Positions 22,151 to 36,287 of a DNA stretch of 64,000 nucleotides are shown here, piece by piece; position 1 is the stretch's first letter, and the number at the start of each line of letters is the position of its first letter. The translations under genes were made by a program, and so were the position numbers. The notes beneath the pieces were generated by a model, which made no database searches, was not told the DNA's origin, and saw nothing but the letters and a program-made list of their open reading frames with translations. The stretch is from assembly GCA_965285935.1 (NCBI GenBank), contig OZ260663.1:102238001-102302000 (forward strand), in the 5' to 3' direction. The DNA comes from Ophelia neglecta. Lineage: Eukaryota.

Positions 22151-22999
22151 CAATAAAGCAGGTTGGATCCCCTTCCTTTATAGATCCTGTTCAATCTGGA
22201 AAATCTTTTTAGGGGATGAACTATTCTACATTGAATTTACTACGACTTACCTCAAAAGCCGCCGTGTACTTCTGTCAATGTAGAGAACATCAGACCAATT
22301 GACCTTGATAGGATCACAACTTGAGTACCGTGCGCGAAAGTGACAGGGAACCAATACCACGTGTATAGTTGCCTACAACTGGACAGGCAAGAGCAATTGG
22401 TCCCCCTATGGTTACGATTGAGTAAAGTCCCCTCTCATGTTAGAAGTTGTAGGAGATATTGTTGTAAGGGCAGATACTCCTCAAACTGCGTGTGATAGAA
22501 ATTATGTGTTTAAAAGTGTAATGTTTGGTGAGTACACAAGACATGTTAGGCTGTAGTCGTCATTAGGTGTTAACTTCGAAGTTGTTTGCTATAGATATCA
22601 AGATGAGCAACCAATTTTAATGTGTTTGGCATCCAAATATGTCCAGCCAGACGTGGTTGTGGGTTACTGAATAGTACCTTAAAGGCTTTACAATTATTAA
22701 GATAGTGTACACACAACATATAATGTGTAACTGTTAAGAGTGGACGAAAAGCTCTGCTTTGCAAGAGTCCTGTTGACCTTACGATCTATTATACTGGTGT
22801 TGTACCTCGCTATTTATACCTTATATTATATGGCTTCAAAAGGATTTTTAATTTTGTCTTTAAGCGCATGAGAAAAGCAATGATGAGTGTCCCTTTACAA
22901 TTTGTTTTCTATTTTCATTTGGTATAATTATTAGCCCTTGCCTAGTTTTAAATATATAGAGTTTGGCCTACATCAATCTGTTATCGCCTAAACATCCAG

Positions 23000-25900
23000 C
23001 TTATTCTACCCCAAACTATTGCGGTGAGTTTACGTTGTCCAGGAGAAGCTCGAGTTCGATATCTTCAAGCACTGGGAGACTGTCGAGTTAGTTATTAACG
23101 AAGTCTCTGCCATTATTTTGGAAGAGAGCAACAGCGATTTTCAGTTCAACATTATCGACGATGGCGTCCCAATGAAGGCTACGTATGCCTCTGATGTGTA
23201 GCGGCTCGTCAGATATATCGTGCCGTCACAGAATGTACACGAAGGGTCGGTCCTGGCTCGTGATGCTATAATCCCTTAGCCTGCAAATAATTGAGCAGGA
23301 AGGGATGGAAACCGTGCCGAGGCTGTCCATATCCTGCCCGGCTGTCGCTGATCTTAGAATATGTTCTCATTCAAATATAGAGACTCATCGGCGTGTTGGT
23401 CCGACTCAAAGCTTCTAGGTCGTTTCACTCTATCAGAGCTCGCGGTATGACAAGTATTGACTGTCCGATCGGGTGAAACCCTAGGCCACTGAGTGAGATG
23501 GTTCTTCCTTTAAGGCCATAGCAGGCCTCTTGCACTCTCTCGCAAGGGTTGTTGGCGCTGTTCAGGAGTATGCCTACGAGACTGTCCTCGCTGGAGATTT
23601 CGAGCGTTGTGCAATTCAATGTCTATTTCAGAGTTTAGTTTTCTTGCAGAATGCGTGGATTCAATGAACACCATAACTTTAGTTTTTGCCTCATTAATGC
23701 ATATCACCATTTACACGGGTACTCCTCACAGATATTGATCATGGACTGTAGAGCTCTCGGAGTGAATGCTGCCAAGGTTATATTATCGGCTTGTTGAACC
23801 GATCCGCAGTAGTGCGCGCCTTTTGATGCGCCGAGTTTAATGTCTCGTAGGATATCACTTAGTTGGTGGATAGACGCGGGCTCCCAGCACAGAGCCCTGT
23901 CGGCAGGACTGCCGTATGGATATTGCCTCAGAGGTCCGCCCATTTACTATCACGCTCGCAGTCATGTTCCTAAATGAGTCGCGGAGCAGCGTCCGGATAT
24001 TTCCTAGAACCCCAAACTCGTGCTACTTCAAGAATAGGCCGTCGTGCAAGACAGAGTCAAATGCCGTCGCTGCATCCAACAAACATACAAAGAGTTAAGA
24101 AAGGGTATATTTTGCGAATTACAATACTCCTCCCATCTCCCCAAGACTACTTTTTTTATATATATTTGGAAATTCACAGGAAGGAGAGTTATACACCTTT
24201 GGTTTCTCGGTCGTGTGCGTGCTTGCACTTTCGCTTATGGATTGTAAATATATGACCGTGCTTCATGGCTGCTGAGACTATACATTCCATTTTTCAGAGT
24301 AGTGAGAGCCAGAAGTGTTGCCTCGCTTGTGTATTTGATGTGTTGGTATGTTTGTCAGCATCGCCACAGGAACAGCTTTTAAGAGTTTGGACAATATCCG
24401 CCTCTTCTTTAGTGGTAACAAGTTTCTCCGTGATGGGATCTCTTTCAAATTTAGCATTTTCTTCTATTTTGCACTATTTATACTGCTCGCATAATTTTCG
24501 GCCTTCACTAGAGGATATAATTGCACAAGGTGGACAGTCCATGCTTTCATCACCTCCTCGTAGCTCCTCAGATTCTAGTCATTGATTTTTAGCTGACTGT
24601 CCTCAACAGCCTCCAGAACTTAGGCTGGTTCACGTTTGCAGCCTCATCCACTTTAGCATAAAATAGTTGGTTAGTGTTTGTTTGGAATTGTCGCATTTTA
24701 TTCCATAATATTGTTTTGGCGTCCTTGTACTTTGCAAATGAAGCAACTGTCTTCCCCGAGGGCGACCTTCGCTTATCCATTGTTCGCAGAGAATGAACAG
24801 GTTGCGTTGAAGCTCTTTGAGCCCGCCCGACATCCACAATGCGAAGAGATATGGATGGAAATAAAAGGCTGAGACATTTGATATGGCTGCATTTTCCAAG
24901 GAAAACACAATGGCATTATTCAAATCGTCAGTTTCATTTAGGAAAGAGGGAGTTTGTGCATAGTACGGAAGCATGCTGGTCACAGCGGTTTTAAAGTTAA
25001 GTTTGCCTGAATCATCCATTTTCCACCAAGTCAGTCGTCGCGGGGAAATTAATTGATCCGAATGAGTCCGTTATTGCTCCTGAGCCTAGGATACGGTCTA
25101 CGAATGTCTGAGGCCCACCATCGTACAGGTCGAATGTATAACAGGGGCCTACGGTAAGTGCAGGGGTAAACATCATTTCAAGGTCACGGCGGGTGATGGT
25201 TCATTGATGAGACGTTGGCGTGGGGTAAATTTGCATAAATCACAGTTAATATCGCCGGCGATGATTGTTCTATCGTCTTATGACAGTGTTAACAACAAGT
25301 TACTGAACTGTTCAATGCAATCAGCGAACTCAATAGACTCGCGCTCTATGGACGGAGGTTAACGCCTGTGATGACGATGGAAAGTCACCGTGTTAGTTGA
25401 ATACGAACGGCTAGATACCTATCCGATCGCGTGTGTAGAATGTCTACGAGCTGTATGAGGGTTTTCGTCACATGATAGGCACTCCGCCGACACCCATTCT
25501 GCTACTGGCCAGTTGCAGATTGCGGTTATAACATGTAGTGTGGGCTATAAAGTTTATATCGAGTGAGTCCACAAAGGATTTACTGTTTTCAAAAAGGCAG
25601 TGTTGACTGACGGTCAGATTAGATTGCAGCAGTTAGCTTATGTAGTGCGCCGTCCTACAGTCTTACAGTTATATGCAATTAGAATCAGACAATCCATGTT
25701 TAATTCTAATTCTTTTTTGTTTGTGTTCCAAGACTGAATTTATGGTGGTTGAGAAACTTTTTAATGACTTCATTGGGGATGTTTTGGTCAATACCACCGC
25801 TCAAGGCTTTGCTGAAGTTTCTAGGGGGTACCTCGTTAAATAGGTTCGCGTCTACTTCCTCTGATAGGTCCGGTGGCTATTGGGTGACTTTGTTCGAAAC

Positions 25901-27031
25901 CGGTCCCACTCGTGGAAAATTTGTCTGTTTTACGGGTTGGATATTCGAGATAACTTTCTCTTTTTGGTCCAGGGAGCTAAATTGCGCTTGTTTCGCCTGA
26001 TAGGTTATTGCCTGATCCATGACTTGAGTGTTATTCATTGGCGCGTTTAAAATTAGTTTTCTAGGTGGGTATGAAGGAGGGCCAGTTGTCACGTTATTCA
26101 ACTTGGGACTTTGATTTTGGGAGTGTGGTTTCTGATTTCCAATGTAGGAGGAGGGTAAATTGGAAGTAGTGTAGGTCGCTATAGAGTAGCCACCTTTCCG
26201 TTGGCAAAGGTATGTGTCTGATCAAACTACTTGTTAAGGGAACCAAAGTCTCTACAATGAAAGTCTTCTAAAGATCCTATTCTGGAGTTCATAATTTGAA
26301 CTGCAATGGTAAAAAGACCATATATCGGATCCTCTTCGATATGCCTTCCACTGTCATTGGCGTTGTCACTAAAACTTGGTTGTGGATCGTGAGTAGTTTG
26401 AGTTTGATAGATGCCACAAACGTTAATTCGCTGTTTCGTTGACTCGATTTTTTTCTATGGCTATATTAAGTATGGTCTCCATGTCATTTATTCAAACCGA
26501 CAAAGTTTCCGCCGCTACAGTTGCTAGTTCCTGTGTGAGATTAAGAACGAGGCTGCCATTGGTTTAATTAGTTCCTTAAATCCTTTTAGTGTTTCCTGGA
26601 GTTTAGGTGGTTTGGTTTTGTCATGTTCATTAGGTTGATTAATTGCTGGGTGAGCTTTGTGCCGAGATCCGGCCAAGACTCCATTTTCCATCTGGGCAAG
26701 TCGCTGTAGAATCCTGATATTGTCAGTGTAGATAGCGCAGAGGTCGTCTACGTTATGTTCCTTGCCTAATATTGATGTGATTGCTGCTGTTGCTGTAGTT
26801 GATAGGCTTGGAGGCTGGCTTTTGTTTTGGCAACTAAAGCTCCTCATGCGTGCTTTGCGAGTCTTTTTTATTCAGTTCAAATATAGGGGTTCCTTCCAGT
26901 GCCATACATATACATCATTGACGAGGTATGTGTTGAAATCGGATAAGTCTTTCCTCTTCGTCTCCTATTTTAGAACCCGATCTTGGAGTTCTTCATTAAT
27001 GATATCGGACAGCTGGTTGAACAGTTCTGAC
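23000..27031 (-). mobile_element. Degenerate non-LTR retrotransposon (RTE-X-like), copy A
   Basis: RT remnant GSVQQADNITL..LQSMINICEEY..KW, APE-like remnants near 25100-25700, ORF1-like remnants near 25800-27000, C-terminal CxxC. Interrupted at 27032 by a Gypsy LTR. The clade call is tentative. Confidence 0.7.
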
Positions 27032-27270
27032 TGTAATGATGATTGATAGTCCATTGGCAGGTAACAGTAGGGTTTATTTTCATGTAACTCGGATAGGTAC
27101 AAATCACCGGTGGTCACTAGAATGGCTAACGGCTTGCTCTGACACTAGAGCGTCCCCAAGTGACATCCGACACCGTGACGTCACCAGCCCAGGGGAGCAC
27201 AGGGCAAGTATATATACCATAACCTGGTAAGTATTATATGACATCCTCCTTTCCAAGTATTTAAACAAAT
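27032..27270 (-). mobile_element. 3' LTR (27032-27243, 212 bp) plus PPT remnant of the Mag-like Gypsy seen in copy B
   Basis: - strand GGAAAGGAGGA|TGTCATATA...AATAAA...CATTACA, matching 60218-60456. The internal region is absent here. Confidence 0.82.
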
Positions 27271-28210
27271 CTCTTGATAATGTTCCTTGTTTTTCAAATA
27301 TTCAGGTAAACTTTGAAAAATGCTCTTAATTTACCTTATTTTAGGTAAATTCATGACGGTTCAACAAAGATCTCGATTACAAATATCCTTTGCCGGTGCT
27401 AAACAGACTTCATGTAGTTTCATCCAAGCCCAATAACTTTTCGTGAACAAAGTTATTTTTTCTGGTCTATCTGATATGCTAACGAGTGTAATTTTGGAAG
27501 TTTGATTCCCGTTACCATGGTAACCAAGGATATTCCAGCTTGCCACTGTATCTTGAAATGATTCTACCATCGGCTCCAACATGTGTTCCAAATTTCATGA
27601 CTTCTTCACAATGTGCACACTTATGACCACTATCCACTATACTATTATGCAAACGCAAATCAAATAAAGAAAAGTATGGGCCCCGGGCCATTCAAAAACT
27701 CTGCCGTTTCATGCGAAGGTGACATTTACAAAGGTCTATAGCTCTGGAACTAGCAGTCATAAATATGAGGCGAGATAACCCTCAAGAAGCACGAGATATG
27801 GGCTTTTTGATAATCTGATAATATAAATCCTATACCCGTTTTAAAAAAACTTACTAGAATTTTGATAAAGTGAACATGTCAAAATATTGGAAAGTAAAAA
27901 AACGTTGCATCTGTCATTCCGCTGTGGTAACCATAGCAACTGGTATCAACTTTTTTTGGTAAATGTATGCTATTGGTCTACTCTTATTTCCTCACTATAG
28001 AAATTTTCTATAGAGGGCTCCTTTTAAAAATTTTAGCCCAAATTGTAAAATTGTGGTAATTTCACTAATTTGTTTACATTCTAGGTTACCATGGAAACGG
28101 CACATAAATTTTTATTGAAAACAGGCTTAATCTAAAAGCCGAGGTCATAAGCTTTCTAGTGATACTAATTTTAGCCTTATATACCTGGGGTTCATTTTAC
28201 TTGCAAATTT
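27271..28210. repeat. Probable non-autonomous DNA-element fragment
   Basis: Recurrent palindromic motifs GTTACCATGGTAAC, GGTAACCATAGCAAC and GTTACCATGGAAAC; no termini identified. Confidence 0.35.
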
Positions 28211-28913
28211 AGGCCCTCCTCTCCTCGTCTTCTAGAGGTTTTACGTCGCAATGGGTGCGAAATTGATTGGAGGCCTCCCACGTTTGGTTATGAGAGGAAT
28301 GTCCAAACGACTTCACGAGGGTTTGCAGTGTAAAATAATGGCCTTCTTAGGAAAGTGGCATCCTGCCAGGAACAATTTCTCACACGACTAAAACATTCGT
28401 TTTCTGTTGATTCTGCTCAAACCCGCCAGGCTGTGACAGAGGAAATTGAGAGATCCGATAGAGACGACTGGAAACAACATTAAGAGATTGAAATTATTTA
28501 TCTTATTGTGTCACTTTTTGGACCATGTGGCATATACATATTATGTGTTGGGGGGAAGGGGGGGGGGGGGGGGTCAGTGTGGTATATAGCTACTGGGAGA
28601 GGGGGCCTAACGGCTCGGAAGACGAGAAGGGGAGGCTAACCGGGTAAAAGGTGGACGTTCAGGAGTTTCCGTTTTTGATAAATGCGCACTGAAACCCAAT
28701 TATTCGGAAGTATATGCACAGCAATAAACGTCCAGTTGGGCGAGTTTGGTGTTGACCATCTCCCCCTTCATGTACATCCCACCTCCCCCTTTCCCTCCCC
28801 CTAGACCTTCTCCCCACTCTCTCACAACCACTCTAATCCTTTACCTTCACTTGTCCACATCCCACCATACAATTTATGACGCCTACGCAATCTTGGGACA
28901 AGGGACCCAAAGC

Positions 28914-29012
28914 ATACAACTCCCTTGATTGGATAAAGAGACCCATGCCTACAACTCTAATGATTTGATAAAGAGACCCCTGTCTACAACTCATATGATT
29001 GGATAAGAGGCC
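28914..29012 (+). repeat. About 35-bp minisatellite, roughly 3 units
   Basis: TACAACTC..TGATT(G/T)GATAAAGAGACCC repeated. Confidence 0.7.
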
Positions 29013-29934
29013 CCCTCTCCACAGATCCGGATATCCGAACCCCCCCCCCCCCCGTTACTTTGCTCTCATGTTCATATATTCTGAATATCTGTATTCTGTT
29101 AATCACAACTTTAATATTACTGAGGAATACTAGTAAAATGATAATTTCGAAAAGGTTGACCGGGTTAATTAGATTAAATAGGGGAGATACATGTTTGCCA
29201 AGTTCTGGCCGTGGCATTGCGGGGAAACTTCCATTTCAGGGGTCTCAGATGATTAAAGTGAAGGATTTGTCTTGGAAGCACACATTTAAAATGAAGAGAT
29301 TTGGTCAGGGGAGTATATTGGATATTTTATTTGAACATGAAAGGAATATATATTTTTTTTTTATTGAGGCCAGCTGGATTCTCTCCCCTACAGCTTACCC
29401 CATCTCCCCTCTCCCCCTCTCGAATGTAACAAATAACCATTCCGAAACATCATGAAAAAAGAACAAGTTATTGTTTTTATCACTGAAATGGGTAACAAAC
29501 CATTGCCCTTTTATTTGTGAAAGGACATATAAACACACGCAACTGCCCGAACAAAATCTCCCTTGTCTCCCTCCCTCGATCAATTGCCCCAGCCCCTTCA
29601 GCCATTAATATTGACCGTATGGAATCGACTAGGTGTATTGTACTTTAATATAGCAGCATGTAAATAATAACCTGCATTGAAAAAATCAGTTACAACTGAC
29701 TGATTTGCTTATGTGTGGTCTGGCTATGTGTTGTCATGGCAAAGTCTCATGACAACACTTGACCAATCGCCCTTTCTAATTTCGATCAATGGCACATGAT
29801 AGCATTGAAGATGATTGATATACTGTGCTATCAAAACTTTTGTTGTTTCACACTAATCTTCGTTTCTTGGTTTTACTTGTCTAATTTTGACAAATAAAGT
29901 TAATGTCGCTAATAGATTATTATGTATTTTACAG

Positions 29935-30018
29935 TCTGGGATGGAACAACATAACCGATGCCGGGGCTTATACATTGTCCTCGGCCCTGAGGACGAACTC
30001 CTCTCTGAAGTCACTGGA
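29935..30018 (+). CDS. 84-bp RI-type (NLRC3-like) LRR exon: (x)LGWNNITDAGAYTLSSALRTNSSLKSL(D)
   Basis: TATTTTACAG acceptor, GA|GTGAGT donor, exactly 28 codons, phase 2-2. Matches LxxNxIxDxGAxxLxxALxxNxxLxxL and splices in frame to 41671 (GA+T = Asp). Confidence 0.9.
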
Positions 30019-31339
30019 GTGAGTACCACCATGTTTACTGTATTCACGTAGAATCAAATGTAAAATAATAAGCATGTTTATTATTTCCTACCACCTCTTG
30101 GAAACATTAAACCTCTTACTGGAAATCGTTAATAACCGTTATCTCTTAGCTTAAGAGAAAGATACCATCAGTCCCGAGTTAGTTACTTTAAGACAACAAA
30201 CGTGATGCAAATATCTAGGTACATCCTGGCCTATATTAACAACCGTGTCCGCCCGGGTAGTTTGCGGTCGCACCCATCTAACATACTCATCAGTCCACTC
30301 ATTCTCTTCATATAAGACAATTTGTTAGCCCTCAGCACAATGGAAAAGTCTTGAATCAGCGACATAGCATATAGTGTTCCCTCGAGTTAAGGCATATATA
30401 GTAATAAGGCCGTCGTGTTTTAAGGGCTATTTTGAGATATTAATAAAAAGAAAGAGGCTTCCATTTGTATTGTAATAATAGGAATGCGCGTTTTTTATTC
30501 TTAATTCTGATTGGCTTATAATACAGATGTACATACAAAAACGGTGACTTGACATCAAGTGTTCCTAACTTACGGTGAACACTGTGGCAGTAGTCCTGTG
30601 CGCTGCAAGCAGTTAATGAATATCACAACGGAAACACTGATAGCAATCATGGCCCTAGTGCTTTCCTGGCATGCTTCAATTATATCAGAATCTCCTCTAA
30701 GATGAAGCACCAGTGACCCCACTGCATATACTACTACCGCCGAACCCTGGATTTAGAATATAGCCGCCATTTTAAATTGTTTACAGCGGACAGCTGCAAT
30801 AATAACCGGGGAGCTAGAGAGAATGGCTCCGATTTTGTTTAGGGTGGTTTTTCATACATTTCTGTTCATAAAAATGCTCGATTTCCCAAGAACTTTGTCA
30901 GAGGGAAAGCGACGTCCGAACATTTTTCTACAAAATATCCTAAATCCAGCCATACCCATAAGGCGCCCGAGCTCTGGTTGTACTAGTCAGGAAGTTGATG
31001 ATGGTCTCTATCTTCGCTTCCATCCCTATCATTTCCCCCAATCAAACCACATGAATGGGAAAAAACTACTTTTGTTGGATAAAACTCGATTTAATAAGAT
31101 CAGGTGTTAGAAAAGATTAAAATGCATGAATATGACATTTACATGTATTTTCGTCACGAAAGACATCATCTACAAAGGTTTCACAATTGTTCAAATAACG
31201 AGTAGTATTATGAAGATACCTCTTGAGTTTTAGCAGGACCATTTGCATTCCAACTGCATCGCTTTATATTGGTAAAAAGCATCATGGGTAACCTGGAGGA
31301 CTTGCCGAAAACCTTTCGGTGCGCCGAAAAAGTAAATAA

Positions 31340-32401
31340 TGGTATATAATTATTATAATAATGAAGAATAAAAAGCAAATTTGATCAAAGTACAATAGAG
31401 AACATATATGTGATTATAATGGAAGATGAATGCGATGAAATATGAACCATAAAAGAAAAAGGATGAGTCAATGAGAGTCCACCAAATAAAGCAATCGGCT
31501 ATTGCAAGGTGTACGTGAGACAAAAAAAGACTACATAAGAACAATATTACAGGTCATTAGTGGGACAATGATAGTCCACTACATAAAACAATACAATATT
31601 ACAAACGATAAGGGAGATCACATAGAAACTTTAGATTATCAGCTTTTTGTTGTGGAAATATAAATACAATCATAGCAATTAAGAATATAACATGTTTCAT
31701 CATGCGAGTCTATGAAGTAATTTTTGCGTAATTCGTGAAACCATAGAAGCTATGAGTGGAACTTTATCTAATATAATATTGGGTGTATGATACAGAAACT
31801 CCACGATACTATGCCTGAGCGATTTGCTGGCAAATGTGTGTCTACATCGAGGGGGGGGGGGGGGTAGAATCTTCAAGAATGTCTAGTAGGGTATGAATGT
31901 ATTTCAGATTGGGGTTGCAATGTATAAGAGGTAAAGAAAGATGGTAGTGAATTGTTTGCAAATTTATAGTAGAATTTAAGAAGATTGAGTTTATGTAGAT
32001 CTCGAATTTTCAATAAGGCATTGGTTTAAAGATTGGTTCCGAATGTGCAATATAACTGCTGCCTGTAGCAATACGAATAATATTTTTCTGCAGCTTTTTT
32101 CATCTACCAGTGTTGCGTCCCCATAGCGCAAAATTCCGCAAGTTAAATAAGGAATGACTAACGTGTTATATAAGGTTATTAGTATATTTTGAGGAATGAT
32201 CTTTTTAAATCTGTTTATAATGCCAATTGGCTTTGATAGTTTATTCGAAATTTTATTGATGTGTGCATTCCAGCTTAAATGTCCGTCAATGCATATTCCA
32301 AGAAAATCAAACTCAAGTACCACTTCTATAGGAGTACCGTCAATAACAAGTATTGGGTTTAAAATATTTTTCTGTGGAGAGTGAAATACCATGGCTTTCA
32401 C
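31340..32401 (-). mobile_element. 5'-truncated CR1-like LINE fragment
   Basis: ORF 31991-32401 FLGICIDGHLSWNAHINKISNKLSK..LYNTLVIPYL is a typical CR1 ORF2 C-terminus; AT-rich tail near 31345. Confidence 0.85.
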
Positions 32402-32459
32402 ATCTACTGTGCGTGTGCAGCTTAAATGCCAGATCAGCGAAAAATAAAACTGTTTCTCT

Positions 32460-33095
32460 ATCAGACCACATTCTTACCAATGACAAATATGAGCAACCAC
32501 TGAAACTTGACTAGGCTCAGATATAGACAAAGTCATACTCGGCGAATTAGTGCCTGAAATTTTTTAAATTAAACATGCGCACCACCAAAATGGACAATTC
32601 GGGGAGAACATCAACAATTTTGAGGAGATGTCAACATACCTTGAGCCACTGGAGGATATAAATCCATAGGTGATAATGTTTGAGGAACACAATTTCAACT
32701 TGAGGACGAGGATGCTACAGACTTTGACTCACAAATGATGCTATCACTGTAAGGCCACACAGCCCCTGGTGCACTAATGAGTTTCACTGTAAGTCCCCAT
32801 AACCCCCTGGTAAACAGATGAGCTTCACCGTACGAAGCGTGAATGTAGAAAATGTTAAATGGCTTGAAGGGAATTCAAAAATTGAAGTGGACATTTAGAA
32901 CTATAAACGTGTATGTGAAAAGGTCAAAAGCCTACTTAATAAAACTAAGCAGGCCTATATTATTAACAATTCCCGTACAGGGAAATAAGGAAAAATATTC
33001 AAGATAGCGAAACGTATCACTGGTTCCAAAGGTGAAGTTATACTCCCTAATTATTGTTCAGCTGTTGAATTCGCTAATCATTTAAGTGATTTGTG
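32460..33095 (+). mobile_element. Highly degenerate L2-like LINE remnant
   Basis: Remnant KIAKRITGSKGEVILPNYCSAVEFANHLSD resembles the L2 ORF2 linker (compare YPLHNSSKTLANGFIEF at 34400). Confidence 0.45.
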
Positions 33096-33429
33096 TCTAG
33101 TGGGTGCGGGTCTTTCGGTTGCCAGTGAGCATGTTGTTCATTACATTGGGTATTGGTTTATGTTTGGTTTGAGAATTGTTGATGTTATTGTTTGATTGAA
33201 GCTATCTTTAATTATCTTCATTACATATGTATGGATGTTTGTTGGCAGGCAGTTAGATCATAATTAAGGTACACTTTTTGCTTTTGCTTTTGCTTGGGTT
33301 ATTATTACTACTTTTGTCGAGTTGTTGTATTTTTTGTCTTTTTACACAGTAAGAGAATATGTCTGTATTCGGCGTTATTGTTTGCATTTGTGCACATCTA
33401 CTTTGGGTTAAATAAAACTATGATGATGA

Positions 33430-33844
33430 TACACAGATATACTTGTGTTGAGGTCAAGGTTGGATTTTCTTGCTTCTCCTTGACACCAAATCAGCAGTGT
33501 ATTTCCGATGTACAGGGTTGGATGGAAGCTTACATATTGAAATTGAATGAAGAAAAAAGCAGAAAGTTTCCTCTTTTCATCAGAACAAAAGAAAAGCCAA
33601 ATTGAAATGTCTTTTTCAATTTAGGAGCCAAATAATACTTCCCTCACTTGTGAAAATCCTTGGTAACAACAAGAAAACACATGGAAACACAGTTGTAGGC
33701 ACTAGTAAAATAATGTCATTATCAATTTTGGATAATCAGACATATTAGGTGCTTTCTGACCGAGGATGCCTGTAAAACAATCGACCAGGTGTTGGTGTTG
33801 AGCCGGTTGGATTATGTTAACCTGCCTTTAACAGGCATAACTCA
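33430..33844 (+). mobile_element. Old L2 ORF2 C-terminal fragment (continues at 36296-36370)
   Basis: CISDVQGWM..LKLNEEK and IRCFLTEDACKT..LVLSRLDYVN; resumes after the nested L2 as PALKQLYWLPISRRVDYKVL. Confidence 0.7.
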
Positions 33845-36287
33845 TCAAGACTTTGTCAGTGACATAATGGTACGTGATCTTATGATTGCAGATCATGCGG
33901 CAATTGAATTGTCTTTGGACTTGTTAAAACCACCTCCTGTCAGGAAAAATATAACTTTTAGGAAATTTAAGTCTGTGGATATATGTGATTTCAGGGCTGA
34001 TATAAAGGCCAGTTCGCTCCCTTCAGCACCACCAGGTGTGCTGGTGTTGGATGGTGCATCAGATTTGGCAGGGGAATATGATCAAGTTATCAAGACTGTG
34101 GTGAACAAACATGCACCTGAACAAAGCAAGTCCATTAAAATCAGGCCAATTTCACCCTGGTATAATGAGTCTATCTCGGATGCTAAACGGACTAGGCGGC
34201 AACTTGAGCGGAAATTTCGCAAGACATGTCTATCAGTTCATCGTGAGATGTACGAGACTCAAACGCAGGTAGTACTATCCCTGATTGACAAGGTAAAATG
34301 TCAATATTATCAAGGTGAAATTTTGAATAGTCCCGGGGACCAAAGGGCCATATTTAGGGTAGTGAGCCAGTTGTTCAGTAAAAGAAAAGATCCAGTTTAT
34401 CCGCTCCATAACTCATCTAAGACACTGGCTAATGGTTTCATTGAGTTCATCGATGGTAAAATCTGCAAGATTAGGTCAGAACTTTCTAAGGTGAGAGACA
34501 ACTCCCCACCGACTGGCGGGGGCCATTTCACCGGTCAACAGCTGATGTCATTTGAGCCTGCCACAATAGAAGAGGTAGGGTCCATTTTGAAAAGTGCTGG
34601 TAATAAGTCTTGTGAACTGGATCCATTACCCATTTGGTTATTACGAGAGTAACTTGATGAACTACTTCCAACCATTACAGGCATTGTAAATGAGTCGCTC
34701 CTATCAGGAAGTTTCCCTCAACATTTCAAGTCTGCCTTGGTAAGGCCTCTACTGAAGAAGTCTACACTTTGTAAAGAACAGTTAAAAAATTACCGTCCAG
34801 TGTCAAACCTTGCATTCATTTCCAAGGTGGTAGAGAAGGTAATTTCTGTCAGGCTGAATAAACACCTATCAGAGAATGGCCTTGAAGAGACCTTTCAGTC
34901 TTCCTACAGAAAGGCTCACAGTGTAGAAACTGCACTTCTTCGCGTTCAAGATGACCTGCTTGGCGCCTTGGACCGGGAGGGTGGTGCTTTACTGGTACTC
35001 CTTGACCTATCAGCGGCCTTCGATACGGTCGATCACAGTCTGCTTCTGGACCGTCTGGCCACCACAGTAAGAGTTGGGGGAACAGCCCTCAAGTGGTTTT
35101 CTTCCTATTTGAGTGATCGGCCACAGTCAGTGGTTGTAAACGGAGAGGCTTCTGAATCTCAACCACTTGCATGTGGTGTCCCGCAAGGAAGTGTGCTTGG
35201 ACCACTACTGTTTTCCATATATACCATGGACATTGGTCAGGTCATGAGGCAGCAGGATATGCTTTCATCTCTACGCCGATGACACACAGTTGTATGGTTC
35301 ATTTGCTCCTAAACAACAGGATGGTCTAGTCAAATCTTTAACTAGACTAGAGCAATGCATTTGTGATATCCGCCATGGATGGCAAGAAACCGTCTTCGTC
35401 TGAATGATGATAAAACTACGTTTCTCATACTCACTAGTCCCTGGGCCCGATTCAGCCCAGAGGCCGAACATGCCATTCGTATCGGCGATACAATGGTCAA
35501 GGCTGTTGAATCTGCAAGAAACATCGGCATGGTGTTTCAGTCTGATGGTCAACTGATCAAACAGATAGCTGGCACCTGCAAATCAGCTTTTCACTATCTC
35601 CGTAACATTGGCAGGATAAAAAGACATCTGACTCCTACGGCTCTAAAAACGGTCATGCATGCCTTTGTGACATCCAAGCTGGATCAGTGCAACTCCCAGT
35701 ATCTTGGGCTTCCAGACAAATATATAGATAGGCTGCAGAGGGTCCAGAATGCAGCAGCTAGGATGCTTCCCGGGTCTGGATACATATGTAAGATGACTCC
35801 TGTTCTCCGTGAATTACACTGGCTGCCTGTTCAGTACAGAATTAATTTCAAGGTCTGCCTTCTTGTGTTTAAGGCCCTGAATGGTTTAGCAACAGAATAT
35901 ATATCTGACTTGATCAAACCATACAAGTCTCAGAGAAACTTAAGGTCTAATGACAATTTACTTCTGGTCATTCCAAGATCAAGAACAGTAACATATGTTG
36001 CTCGGAGGTTTTCCACTGGTGTTCCCAAACTATGGAATTCCCTCCCAATTAATATAAAATCTAGTCCATCGGTCACAGTGTTTAAATCTAGGCTTAAGAC
36101 CCACCATTTTAAATGTGCATTTGACTAGTTCATTTGAACTATTGTTAAATTTTAAGTCGTATTTATTGTCAGACTATTTTTATATTTGCGCGTGATTAAC
36201 CTTTTTTTTATCCCTTGTTGTGTTGTAAAGCGCTTTGAGCTGACATGTAGAAGCGCTATAAAAATGCTACGAATAATAATAATAATA
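33845..36287 (+). mobile_element. Younger 5'-truncated L2 LINE (ORF2 pseudogene)
   Basis: [51 protein letters not shown] and LHWLPV; one stop (34650) and one frameshift (near 35260). L2 3' motif TGTAAAGCGCTTTGAG..AAGCGCTATA with (AAT)n tail; TSD ATAACTCA. Confidence 0.93.

Larger units (their letters stand above)
13..27270 (+). repeat. Segmental duplication, copy A (homologous to 41213-60456)
   Basis: Colinear near-identity with copy B, e.g. ORFs 1096/42709, 15368/48937, 19502/52472 and 25877/59063. Homology starts at TTATATCAAC (13) and ends at ...TTAAACAAAT (27270). Copy-specific insertions at 2634-10442 and 11316-11990. Confidence 0.95.

Noticed and set aside
28914-29012. Repeats of about 35 bp as a CRISPR array
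   Set aside because: Direct tandem units without unique spacers, eukaryotic context, no cas genes.
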